From positions 1 through 64,000 of IMG/VR virus record IMGVR_UViG_3300021399_000117: a stretch of 64,000 nt of DNA; one strand, written 5' to 3'. The position numbers and the translations under genes were made by a program. Under the pieces are notes generated by a model. It made no database searches. It saw only the letters and a list, made by a program, of their open reading frames with translations, and was not told the origin of the DNA. The DNA comes from a virus (lineage: Duplodnaviria > Caudoviricetes). Positions within the stretch are counted from its first letter, which is position 1. Every line of letters starts with the position of its first letter. Shown in pieces: positions 38,797-48,437 of the stretch.

Positions 38797-39559
38797 GGGC
38801 GTTGTTTAGTTCTTCGTGTGATCCTTGTTGTTTTATACCATCTTTACCATGCCCCATCAAATTGAACTGGGTACGTTTGATATAGTTATCAGCAGGAATC
38901 ACTGTTCGGTTATCAAATACAGGTATACATGTTTCAACAGTTAGATCCAGGGTCATCTTACGACGTCTATCATCAGTAGTAGCCTCGTCAAAATCCAACA
39001 TGTGTTCTCCGTCTAATGAGTCTGGTATGTTATACGAACAGCGTATCTGCTGCCCCATATAAGTGATGTTGAACGTGCGAACGAATGCCATATGGGTGAT
39101 GACTTGCTGTACTATTTCCAAAAAATCATTATACGAATCTACCAAATACACTAACTCAAACGTTACATTCATAGGGATACGCCTGAACTCAGATGCAAAA
39201 GTAACTACTCCATCCTCTGACTCGTACTGGAACCGCCCTGCTGCATACGGATTAGACAATTGATCCAGTACCATGTTGATTCCTTTGGGTGTTACCGAGC
39301 AACGAGGTACAATCGTATATATATAGTCCTCATTAACAGTTTCAAGAGGCTCCTTAGAGTGGTCTTGTCCTTTGACTTCCAACACCATGATCTCGTCACC
39401 TGTATTTGGTATATAATGTGGCACAGACACACCTCGAACAGTCACATTGTCTCGTAGTTCGGCTAGTAGTCCTTTGGACAAAATGGAGAGGAAGCGAGAC
39501 TGATTGTTACAATCAATCTCACCTCTTCTTATTTTCTCTGTTATCTCTCGAATTTCCAT
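38783..39559 (-). CDS. tail sheath stabilizer/terminator (T4 gp15-like)
   Basis: VPR, RRIPMNVTFEL, DFLEIVQQVI, LDLTVET pattern. Confidence 0.55.
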   Translation of the reverse strand: MEIREITEKIRRGEIDCNNQSRFLSILSKGLLAELRDNVTVRGVSVPHYIPNTGDEIMVLEVKGQDHSKEPLETVNEDYIYTIVPRCSVTPKGINMVLDQLSNPYAAGRFQYESEDGVVTFASEFRRIPMNVTFELVYLVDSYNDFLEIVQQVITHMAFVRTFNITYMGQQIRCSYNIPDSLDGEHMLDFDEATTDDRRRKMTLDLTVETCIPVFDNRTVIPADNYIKRTQFNLMGHGKDGIKQQGSHEELNNAHETD

Positions 39560-42500
39560 TATTGGTTCTTAATTACAGTTTTGTAACGTGATGCATTGCT
39601 TATTGCGCGTTGCTCTTGTAGTGTGCTCGCTGTGGATGCTGATGTGCTTTCCAACATCGTTCTACTCATCAATCTGTTAAGTGATGAACGAGCACTCTTC
39701 TGTTGTACGGTATCTGTTGAGGTTACATCAAATTCTATCAGGTAATTGACAGGGTCGCTATACAGACTTGGACGCAAATCAAACGAGATGATTTTACTAA
39801 TAGGATTTTTAGGTGCATAATATTGCACTGTTAACGGAACCACGACAGCTTCTGTAGGAGCCAGTATCAGTTTGCTATGAGTGCTATCGCTATCCAATTG
39901 AAGAGAGCCTTCTTCGCTCAGATATGGATAGATTGTCATGGCAGAACCATCAGTTGGGATATCTTGGATATCTTTCAAAACCTGATGCTCCTTGTCATAA
40001 CTCAACACGTTTGATGTGCCTAATTGAGGTCCTTTCATGTAATAATCTGTTCCATCATATGCATCTTTGATACGGAATGTCAACCATTGATTAGCTCGTT
40101 GGAGTGTCCAATCCATACTTTTGCTCTCATCATATGATGCATAGGAGTATGATGCATAGGCTAGCCATACACCGTGTGCGTCCGTTCCTTCACCCTGGCA
40201 GTATCCCTTTTTATCCCATCTAGCGGATTTCAAATCATTGATCTTCTTATCGCGTGAACCTGGGAACACACTGTATAGATAAGATGTGAATGTACTGATG
40301 TTTGCGATCTGTATGGTGGCTACTGTGGTATATATACCTTCATCTTTTCCAGCTTGTGTATCCAGATAAGCAGGTAAGGAGATCTTATTAACTTGATCAG
40401 GTTTGATGATGGTTTCCATACCATCAATGATGATGCTAACCTGTAAGTTTTCAGAGCTTGCACCAGCTACCAGTGCATTCAGGTTTTTGACAGAAGCATC
40501 GAGGTCCTGAAGTTTATCACGCAAAGGAATGATACGACGTTCTGCTGTATAGAAACCTGATGAAATGTTCTCAGGTTTGTGGAAGAATGTTACGTCTTGA
40601 TCGACAACCTTGTCTCCTATATGATCTGTGACGCCCTCCTCTTTGAGGATGTTCTTGAAACGGTTGGTTTCGATGTCATTGTTATTCTCCTTTACAATAT
40701 CCAGCACTTGTACATCTTTAAGGAGTTCTTCCGGGAATGCGACATTGGTTACCTCTGACCACGCTGATGTAGTCTCAATGAACGGATAGCCAAAATCCCA
40801 TACGATCTTCAATCGGATATCCACAGTCTCTCCTTGGGAGATAGGTATATCTATCTGATTGAAGGATGGCTCGTTCATGCCACCGTTGTCTTGAGACTTG
40901 GTACCATCCACAGCATATTGTGGATAGCCGAACTTATAACCATCTTCGTATGAAGGTTCCTTCTGTAATATAAAAGAGGGCATATCATTCCAATCGCTGA
41001 AAATGAATTTGTTGTCTGTACCTATGGTAGCAGCTGTACCAGTCTCTCCATCCACAGTCTTGTAACGATACTGTACTTTGATGCCGTGTATATGATCTTT
41101 GAACCGAGCCAATACTTCATCTACGTCCGAAGTCACATTCCATTTGTAGTATCCACGAATATGATATTTTGCGTTTTCCAATGGGATGACACTGTCGTTT
41201 GCTGAAGTGGCAATCTCCTGCATGATACGAGTGATGCTTGTGTTCAACTCATTACGGCGGGCATTGTACTGACTCAATTGAGATAGGTATGAATCGCGAA
41301 TACCCGTAGTATCCACGAAGGATATCTCTGCTAGTGTCTTATTGATATCAGTGATCTTGCCTTGGAGTTCATTTAACTCAGTGATGTACTCTTGTTTTTG
41401 TGAGTACAATGCACGGATATTTTTAACGGTCTGGGAGTTGTTCAGGTGAGTATTGATCTGAAGAACCTGTAGGTTGTTCGGATCGATATATGGCTTGTAA
41501 TTACGGAAGCGATCAAAATCATCCTTGCTGTATTTCATGATCGTATTGGACATGATCGATGTGATTTCGTATAGCACGTCTCCCACATTACGAACATTCT
41601 CTTCGTAGTATTGTTTGAAGGTTTTTTGACCGTCATTCACATCCAATATTTCATTCGTATTGATGATCACACCACAACCCCAAGGCGCCTGTACATTCAT
41701 GCGGTTATTGAGAGCGGCAATAAATATACAAACATATTGATCTTCTTCCAGTGGTACATTGAGGTATTTGTCTTTGGTAAAGTCTACAGTAGAGAAGAAT
41801 TTCAATTTCGACAAGTCGCTGACATAGCTCTCATCACCAGGGTCTGCAACCAGATTGAGATAGTCACCGTTAAGCACCTTGACCGTTAGCTGGCGTGCGG
41901 CTGGGTTGATAGATACTATTTCCATCTTCGCACTGTCATCGTATGTGACCAACTGATCACCAACAGCTAGGTACTTCTCCATAGTCTCATCAAACAACAT
42001 ATATTTGAGATCTTCAGCAAAAGTCAGTGTGATGTACTCATCTAGGTTATCATCCACGATATCCTTATCGATAGACTTGATGGTGTATGTACCGCTACCT
42101 ATGTTTTTGCGAATAGGCAGACTTCTGGTGGTATCATACATAATATAATCGGTATCCTCTTTGTAAACCGACAATATCTTCCATAGATCTGCCCACTCAC
42201 ATTCGACAGTGGTGGATCCATTTAGTTTCTCACTTATTATCGACTGGAGTGTGTCGCCTTTGATAGCCACTTTGCGAACCAGTACCTGAGTGATGTCGTT
42301 TGGAAGAGATTGCAAATCAAATCTGACGAACGGGTTAGGTGTCAACATGTCCTTGAGGATATCATTCTGCTCGTGATCAAACCCTTCAGGTAAAGCCAAT
42401 TTTAGGCGGCTGGGTGTGCACGTATAACCTCGTACTTCGATAGATCTGCTGTTACCGTCGAAGTTGAATGTAGCCTCACCTGTTTTCGGGGCATTCACCA

Positions 42501-42699
42501 GATTGAGAAAATTCTCTTGTAAGGAGTTAATCTTGTTCTCCAATGATAGGAATGAAGGTATTACGTATTCTGCATCCCCTACCGATACAGTAAGGTGCTC
42601 GTGCTTGGTAAAGAACGAGTCGTTAATCGCTTGGAGGATTTCCAAATTCTTTTGTGTCAACGTCTGTAGTTGAGTTAGATATTCAGCTATATTTGCCAT
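39559..42699 (-). CDS. large virion structural protein
   Basis: 1046 aa with a coiled-coil segment; TTATTATA upstream. Confidence 0.6.
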   Translation of the reverse strand: MANIAEYLTQLQTLTQKNLEILQAINDSFFTKHEHLTVSVGDAEYVIPSFLSLENKINSLQENFLNLVNAPKTGEATFNFDGNSRSIEVRGYTCTPSRLKLALPEGFDHEQNDILKDMLTPNPFVRFDLQSLPNDITQVLVRKVAIKGDTLQSIISEKLNGSTTVECEWADLWKILSVYKEDTDYIMYDTTRSLPIRKNIGSGTYTIKSIDKDIVDDNLDEYITLTFAEDLKYMLFDETMEKYLAVGDQLVTYDDSAKMEIVSINPAARQLTVKVLNGDYLNLVADPGDESYVSDLSKLKFFSTVDFTKDKYLNVPLEEDQYVCIFIAALNNRMNVQAPWGCGVIINTNEILDVNDGQKTFKQYYEENVRNVGDVLYEITSIMSNTIMKYSKDDFDRFRNYKPYIDPNNLQVLQINTHLNNSQTVKNIRALYSQKQEYITELNELQGKITDINKTLAEISFVDTTGIRDSYLSQLSQYNARRNELNTSITRIMQEIATSANDSVIPLENAKYHIRGYYKWNVTSDVDEVLARFKDHIHGIKVQYRYKTVDGETGTAATIGTDNKFIFSDWNDMPSFILQKEPSYEDGYKFGYPQYAVDGTKSQDNGGMNEPSFNQIDIPISQGETVDIRLKIVWDFGYPFIETTSAWSEVTNVAFPEELLKDVQVLDIVKENNNDIETNRFKNILKEEGVTDHIGDKVVDQDVTFFHKPENISSGFYTAERRIIPLRDKLQDLDASVKNLNALVAGASSENLQVSIIIDGMETIIKPDQVNKISLPAYLDTQAGKDEGIYTTVATIQIANISTFTSYLYSVFPGSRDKKINDLKSARWDKKGYCQGEGTDAHGVWLAYASYSYASYDESKSMDWTLQRANQWLTFRIKDAYDGTDYYMKGPQLGTSNVLSYDKEHQVLKDIQDIPTDGSAMTIYPYLSEEGSLQLDSDSTHSKLILAPTEAVVVPLTVQYYAPKNPISKIISFDLRPSLYSDPVNYLIEFDVTSTDTVQQKSARSSLNRLMSRTMLESTSASTASTLQEQRAISNASRYKTVIKNQ

Positions 42700-42726
42700 T
42701 CGAGCTGTATGTTTTATTGTTACAAA

Positions 42727-42783
42727 TATAATAAGGTATCAAAAAGCGGTTCTTAAAAGAAGAAAAAATATACTGTTATTATA
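42727..42783. promoter_or_regulatory. divergent pair of putative late promoters
   Basis: TTATTATA on the minus strand (42727-42734) and plus strand (42776-42783). Confidence 0.6.
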
Positions 42784-42802
42784 ATTGTAATATAAGTAGC
42801 AC

Positions 42803-44821
42803 ATGGCTAAAACAACCAATATATATGGCGCGATGAGTGGACTGGCTGGTAAAAACATTCACTCAAAAGTAAGGATCACACACGAAAACTTGATGTCCGA
42901 CGGCATGTCCGAGGAGTTCAACACTTATCGTATGTGGTCTGCTGTCAATCTGGTTACCGAGGTAGACCCTCTTACGACAGATGATTATGAAAAAGATAAA
43001 GACGGTAACTGGGTGAAGAAGAATCAACGCACCGTTGCTGAGTCTACGGGTATCCGGGCCATATTCAACAAATGGCATGCAGTACCTGCAGAGAACAAAT
43101 CATTCGCCTGGCGTGTGTCTCAAAACATGCCACTGATTGATTCACCAAAAACACGTCAGTTGCAACGTTCTATGAACTCGTGTACTGTGCGAGACCTGGT
43201 AGAAAAATCCGCTGCTGGTTTGTTGGGCGCTTCTGTATATAGCTATTCGGACTTCATGTTCTGTAAGTATCTAGGGCGTGTTCCTAATAACTATCTTATT
43301 ACACTACGTAGATATACTGTCCCAGTACTGGACTATATCAAACCGTACGGTAACCCTTCTGCTGTGATGGGTGGTAAAGAATCTACACAGACTGATGGAG
43401 GTGGTGCTCCGATAGGTACTATGGTCACCTGGATGGGCACACCAGGTAACGAGATGAAGGAGATCATGAAGTACGACATCAGCATGCCTTACAAACAAGT
43501 CAATTCCAGCTTCGAGAGTGATGGTGAAAGATCAAAACCTGGAGTAGACAAGTCATCAGGCGGCGCCATAGGAGGTGCATTCCAGAAGGCTTTCAATAAC
43601 AACATAGTAGGTCAACATCTCGCTAATCACATCATGCCTGGTATGTTCAACAGACGAGCCGGACAATCTAACCCTGAACGTGCCCCGTATTATGACAAGA
43701 ACAAAGCCTATGCTGGTGTAGATATGGTGAAGAGCATATACGTGCGCGATGCCGAAAAAGGTCTTCAGTTCAAACAGTCATTCAAGTTAGTGTTTGACTA
43801 CGAACTTCGTTCATATGATGGTGTCAACGGCAAGCAAGCTATGTTGGACTTACTCGGTAATATCCTTTCTGTTTGTTATACCAACGGCGACTTCTGGGGT
43901 GGTGCCTATCGTCATGAAGCGGGGTCCAGCAGCATGCAACCGATGTCTTCGCTCGAATGTATGCAACATCATGGGACCTTCTCTGGTTATGTCAATGCGT
44001 TCAACAGGGACTTTCAAAAGATACGTGGTCGTGTAGCAAACATGACAAAGAATCCATTGGAGACCCTGAAGACCTTACTCAATGATCTGGGTGGTGCACT
44101 TCTTGGTGGTGATATGAATCTAGCACCTATCCAATACAAAACTGGCGTCAACTCCTTGTTATCAGATACTGCAGTAGGTCTTTGGCACGTGACTGTTGGT
44201 AATCCTTGTGCTCCTATGATGAGTATAGGTAACCTTATCCTCACCAATACAACTATTGAACATTACGGACCACTAGGTATTGATGATTTTCCAACAGGAC
44301 TTCGAGTGACATGTACCTTTGATACTGGCAAGCCTCGTGACAAACGTCTGATCGAACGTATATACAATGGAGGTAATGATCGAATCTATTCACCACTGGA
44401 TCAGTCTATACTGAACTCTCTTAATAACGCACCAGATGTTCATAGTTATGACAAAGCAGATACCGATGTCAACGGTAATGCATCACATATCGTTACTACT
44501 ACTGGTTATAACACATTAGACGATGTCAGAAACGGCACCACTGGTGGGCGTTCTATTCAATCACAGGTAGTCATGTCTGCAGAACTTTCAAAACGAGATG
44601 AAGAAGCCAAGTCAATGGCGGAGAAATTGATCCCGAATAAGGAAATGTCCGTGTCCGGTTACCATAACAAAAACCTTAGTGCGATATCCACACTGCGTAC
44701 CGCGGATCTGGTAAAGAAGTACTTCGGTACAGCTGGTCAATACGCTATTAACGTAACTTCAGGTGAAATGAACGAAGGGTTTGCTGCACCTACCACAGAT
44801 CCTAACACAGGTAAAGTATAA
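42803..44821 (+). CDS. structural protein (probable baseplate/tail tube initiator)
   Basis: 672 aa; WHVTVGNP...MSIGNLI...LGIDDFPT.LRV...KPRD; late motif upstream. Confidence 0.5.
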   Translation: MAKTTNIYGAMSGLAGKNIHSKVRITHENLMSDGMSEEFNTYRMWSAVNLVTEVDPLTTDDYEKDKDGNWVKKNQRTVAESTGIRAIFNKWHAVPAENKSFAWRVSQNMPLIDSPKTRQLQRSMNSCTVRDLVEKSAAGLLGASVYSYSDFMFCKYLGRVPNNYLITLRRYTVPVLDYIKPYGNPSAVMGGKESTQTDGGGAPIGTMVTWMGTPGNEMKEIMKYDISMPYKQVNSSFESDGERSKPGVDKSSGGAIGGAFQKAFNNNIVGQHLANHIMPGMFNRRAGQSNPERAPYYDKNKAYAGVDMVKSIYVRDAEKGLQFKQSFKLVFDYELRSYDGVNGKQAMLDLLGNILSVCYTNGDFWGGAYRHEAGSSSMQPMSSLECMQHHGTFSGYVNAFNRDFQKIRGRVANMTKNPLETLKTLLNDLGGALLGGDMNLAPIQYKTGVNSLLSDTAVGLWHVTVGNPCAPMMSIGNLILTNTTIEHYGPLGIDDFPTGLRVTCTFDTGKPRDKRLIERIYNGGNDRIYSPLDQSILNSLNNAPDVHSYDKADTDVNGNASHIVTTTGYNTLDDVRNGTTGGRSIQSQVVMSAELSKRDEEAKSMAEKLIPNKEMSVSGYHNKNLSAISTLRTADLVKKYFGTAGQYAINVTSGEMNEGFAAPTTDPNTGKV

Positions 44822-45276
44822 TGCCACATGATATAAAACAGTTAAAGCCTAGTGCCAATTCAAGATACAGGCAAGGCTACATCGATCCGGGAAGCTGCAA
44901 AAAACTCTTCCCGGATCTTGTTAAGGACAGCATCATATACAGAAGTAGCTATGAACGGAAGTTTATCTACTGGTGTGAAAACAATCCTAAGGTCAAACAC
45001 TGGGGATCTGAATGCATGTCCATCAAATATATATCCATGATAGATAAAAAAGAACATACATACTATCCCGATTATGTGGTGGAGATGGTAGATGGAGAGA
45101 AGTGGGTGGTAGAAATCAAACCCTATTCACAAACACAACGTCCTGTTGTTGAAAATGGGTGGTTATGGAACGCTTATACAATGAACATGTCCAAATGGGT
45201 TGCAGCCAAACAATACTGCGATGCCCGCGGACTCAAATTTAAGATACTCACGGAGCGCACCATTGAGTTATTATAA
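44821..45276 (+). CDS. head completion nuclease (T4 gp4/TnsA-like)
   Basis: YRSSYERKF..WC, WGSE, YYPDY, VEIKP. Confidence 0.9.
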   Translation: MPHDIKQLKPSANSRYRQGYIDPGSCKKLFPDLVKDSIIYRSSYERKFIYWCENNPKVKHWGSECMSIKYISMIDKKEHTYYPDYVVEMVDGEKWVVEIKPYSQTQRPVVENGWLWNAYTMNMSKWVAAKQYCDARGLKFKILTERTIELL

Positions 45277-45294
45277 TAGAAAAGAGAATACTAT

Positions 45295-45573
45295 ATGGCA
45301 AAAGAAAAAGGATTCATATATCAAGCACACTGTTCTGGCGGCTATCCTAGTTCGAAACGATTCTGGGGCGGTATAGGTTTTGCGATATGTCAGTTATGCA
45401 TCATCGCAGCTACGGTACTGTCGTTCATACATACAGGCGAACTATCCGGTACTGTTTCTAGCCTGATTGATTTCGACCTAGCTACCAGTGCAACACTTCT
45501 TGGATTAGCATCGGTAACACGTATGTTCGGAAACAACAAAACGAGTATAGGGGAAACAGAAGATGATAAATAA
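45295..45573 (+). CDS. holin-like 2-TM membrane protein
   Basis: SSKRFWG followed by two hydrophobic helices; TTATTATA at 45268. Confidence 0.5.
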   Translation: MAKEKGFIYQAHCSGGYPSSKRFWGGIGFAICQLCIIAATVLSFIHTGELSGTVSSLIDFDLATSATLLGLASVTRMFGNNKTSIGETEDDK

Positions 45574-45587
45574 ACATTCGAACACAT

Positions 45588-46112
45588 ATGCCAACATATA
45601 TAGAAAATATATTAACTGGTATCAAGATCTGGGTAACCAATAAATTAGAAGAGATATCTTTTGTCACATCCAGTCATCTTAACACATTACATGAACGCGT
45701 TGAAAATATCGAATCCGTACTGGCTAATGAATTCGAAGAATCCGCATATTCCGAACGTGCACTGTACACCACCTCAGAAGTAGAAGGAGATATAATGGCT
45801 ACTGGTAAGATGATCAAGCACAGAAGCAAGGTGTCCTTATTTATCAAGAATGCCAACACAGTGGACGGGATTCAAGATGTGTACTATGTTTTACCTTATG
45901 CACCGGATGTCGAGTATGTAAATCTTGTGAACAATAACCAACTACACGAATATCTAGGAATACAATTCAAAATAGAGTTAACTACCCAAACTGTCGATGA
46001 TGTGACATATAATGTCCTCAAACTAAACAGATATGTCAATGGTAGTATAACCAACTGGGAGACAGACCAATCTGTGGCATTCAGTTTGGATTATATCGCT
46101 GAAAGTGTATAA
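45588..46112 (+). CDS. hypothetical protein
   Basis: 174-aa ORF. Confidence 0.7.
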   Translation: MPTYIENILTGIKIWVTNKLEEISFVTSSHLNTLHERVENIESVLANEFEESAYSERALYTTSEVEGDIMATGKMIKHRSKVSLFIKNANTVDGIQDVYYVLPYAPDVEYVNLVNNNQLHEYLGIQFKIELTTQTVDDVTYNVLKLNRYVNGSITNWETDQSVAFSLDYIAESV

Positions 46113-46139
46113 GTTTATTGTGTAAAATAACCAATATAC

Positions 46140-47753
46140 ATGAAAGAATATTTGAAAAAATTCGAGTCTGTTGAATATGCAGACAACTATATTATATCGG
46201 ATATTCCGTTTGCTACTTCAATTGCAACGGATCCTGTTCAGAATTTAGTTTGTAACCAGACAGGTAAGAGACTTGTTAATGTATCTGGGGTAATGCAAGT
46301 TCAACCAATGCCTCCGACAAATGAAATTTGGTACACCAGTTCAGATGGAAATATTGTGACACCATATCAAACAAGTTCATTACCAGAAATTGATACTAAT
46401 ACATATGTTGATGGTAAAGGTGTAATTAAATTTAAAACAGATGTCACCGGTATTGGAACGTTGGCTTTCAATAAGTGTGCTACGTTGTTATCTATTGACA
46501 TTCCTAATAGTGTCACAAGCATTGAGGATAAGGCTTTCAAAAATTGTAGTATGTTAACGTCTGTGAAGATTTTTAATGGGGTCACAAATATTGGAGAGGA
46601 GGCTTTCTCCGATTGTAAAGGTTTGGCCTCTATATCAATACCAAATAGTGTCACCAGTATTGGAACTAATGCTTTCTTACGATGTAGTAATTTAATTTCA
46701 GTAACAATCGACTCGGATGCAATTATCAACAAAACATATTCTTCATCTTCAACTATTGAGAATATATTTAGGAGCCAAGTAAAAAAATATATTATTGGTA
46801 ATAGTGTTACGGGTATTGGAACTAATGCTTTCTATCGGGCTAATTTGACCTCAGTAAAAATAGGTAATAGAGTTACACGCATTGGGTATTATGCTTTCGA
46901 GAACTGTAGTAACTTGTCATCGGTAACGATTCCTAATACTGTCACAAGCATTGGAAATAGCGCTTTCTTAGGTTGCAAAGGTTTGGCCTCTGTAATAATC
47001 CCAAATAGTGTCACCAGCATTGAATTTGCCGCTTTTTCAGGTTGTAGTAGTTTGACATCTATAACGATTCCTAACAGTGTCACTCACATCGGAGACAATG
47101 CTTTTAATGCCTGTACTAGTTTAGAGTCAATTACAGTGGATGTGAATAATCCGAATTATTGCTCTGAAGATGGGGTGTTATTCAACAAAGACAAAACAAC
47201 CCTTATTCAATGCCCAATAGGCAAACAAGACACATATGCTTATACTATTCCTAATAGTGTCGCGCGCATTGAACATGAATCTTTCGAAGGTTGTACAGGT
47301 TTGACCTCTATAACGATTCCTAACAGCGTCACCAGCATTGGAGGTAGTGCTTTCTCTGGTTGCACCGGTTTGACCTCTTTGACTATTCCTGATAGTGTCA
47401 CAAACATTGAAAGTGATACTATTGATTTAATTTTCAATGGTGCTTTCGGATCAATTTCAGCAAAAATATCATTTAGTAAATTATATTCAACATATACTAA
47501 TAAAATTTTCAATAACTCAGCATTATCAGAATCAGTCTCATGGACATACAATGTTGAATTTAATATTTCGGAAATTCCAACAGGTTATAACATTTCATCC
47601 ATGTTACCACAAGCTTCCGACAACGATGGAAAAGTCACTATAACCTATAACATATATACAGATTATGAACCTTGCAAAGACCAAGCACTTGCACTGGCTA
47701 ATACAAAAACAATAGTAAATGTTTATCATATTGATGGTACTCCATGGGAATAA
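46140..47753 (+). CDS. BspA-type leucine-rich repeat (LRR_5) protein
   Basis: More than 10 repeats of C..LTSITIPNSVTSIG..AF; SEDGVLFNKDKTTLIQCP. Confidence 0.93.
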   Translation: MKEYLKKFESVEYADNYIISDIPFATSIATDPVQNLVCNQTGKRLVNVSGVMQVQPMPPTNEIWYTSSDGNIVTPYQTSSLPEIDTNTYVDGKGVIKFKTDVTGIGTLAFNKCATLLSIDIPNSVTSIEDKAFKNCSMLTSVKIFNGVTNIGEEAFSDCKGLASISIPNSVTSIGTNAFLRCSNLISVTIDSDAIINKTYSSSSTIENIFRSQVKKYIIGNSVTGIGTNAFYRANLTSVKIGNRVTRIGYYAFENCSNLSSVTIPNTVTSIGNSAFLGCKGLASVIIPNSVTSIEFAAFSGCSSLTSITIPNSVTHIGDNAFNACTSLESITVDVNNPNYCSEDGVLFNKDKTTLIQCPIGKQDTYAYTIPNSVARIEHESFEGCTGLTSITIPNSVTSIGGSAFSGCTGLTSLTIPDSVTNIESDTIDLIFNGAFGSISAKISFSKLYSTYTNKIFNNSALSESVSWTYNVEFNISEIPTGYNISSMLPQASDNDGKVTITYNIYTDYEPCKDQALALANTKTIVNVYHIDGTPWE

Positions 47754-47764
47754 AAATTTGAACT

Positions 47765-48331
47765 ATGAAAAAGGTAACACTTAAATACTTCAACGAAAAT
47801 CTGCACGATATATTTAATTCAGAAAGTCCTAAAGCCTACTATTGTGTCCACAAACAAACAGAAGTAAATACGGGAACACAAGGCGATTGTGACACACAAT
47901 ATTGCGAAGAACACAGTATTCCGGTTTATTTGATGGAACGTTCTGGTGGAACTATTGTATGTTCTGGAGGTAATATCGGAATTTCCGTGATTACTCCTGT
48001 TAAGCGGGGCTGGCAAACAAGTGCGTTCATGACGACTCTGACGGAGTATTTGCAAAACAAAGGTCTCGATGCAAAATGCGCAGGTAATGATATTCTTATT
48101 GAGGGGTTCAAAGTAGCATCTAGTGCAGAGATTCGTGTAGGAGATGATTTGAAGAATGTTTATAGCACCTATCAAATATCCATCAATCAAGATATTGAAG
48201 CTATCAAACATATCTGCAAAAAGGAAATGGTTAAAATACCAAAAGCTCTTTCAGATTACGGAATAACAACGGAAGAAATTGTTGATTTTTGCAAATCTTA
48301 TTGGGACAATCTTATTAAAACTCAACTCTGA
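47765..48331 (+). CDS. lipoate-protein ligase-like (BPL/LplA/LipB catalytic domain)
   Basis: IPVYLMERSGGTIV..GN, GNDILIEGFKVASSA. Confidence 0.7.
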   Translation: MKKVTLKYFNENLHDIFNSESPKAYYCVHKQTEVNTGTQGDCDTQYCEEHSIPVYLMERSGGTIVCSGGNIGISVITPVKRGWQTSAFMTTLTEYLQNKGLDAKCAGNDILIEGFKVASSAEIRVGDDLKNVYSTYQISINQDIEAIKHICKKEMVKIPKALSDYGITTEEIVDFCKSYWDNLIKTQL

Positions 48332-48403
48332 CAAAAGATCTTTTTTGAATAACATGAGTTTCATTCTCAGCGAGATCTCTCTTTAGAATTGAAATAAACA
48401 ATA
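48331..48403. repeat. degenerate AGATCT-core element, copy 4
   Basis: AGATCT at 48336 and 48373 (37 apart), AATAA in the spacer, GAAATAA tail. Confidence 0.55.
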
Positions 48404-48437
48404 AAAAAAACCTCTTCGTAATACGAAGGGGTTTTTT
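48403..48437. terminator. bidirectional intrinsic terminator
   Basis: A-tract-CCTCTTCGTA-A-TACGAAGGGG-T-tract between convergent genes. Confidence 0.75.

Noticed and set aside
46140-47753. Diversity-generating retroelement targeting the LRR gene
   Set aside because: No reverse transcriptase is in the window and no template/variable repeat pair differing at adenines was seen; the repeats are ordinary LRR coding repeats.
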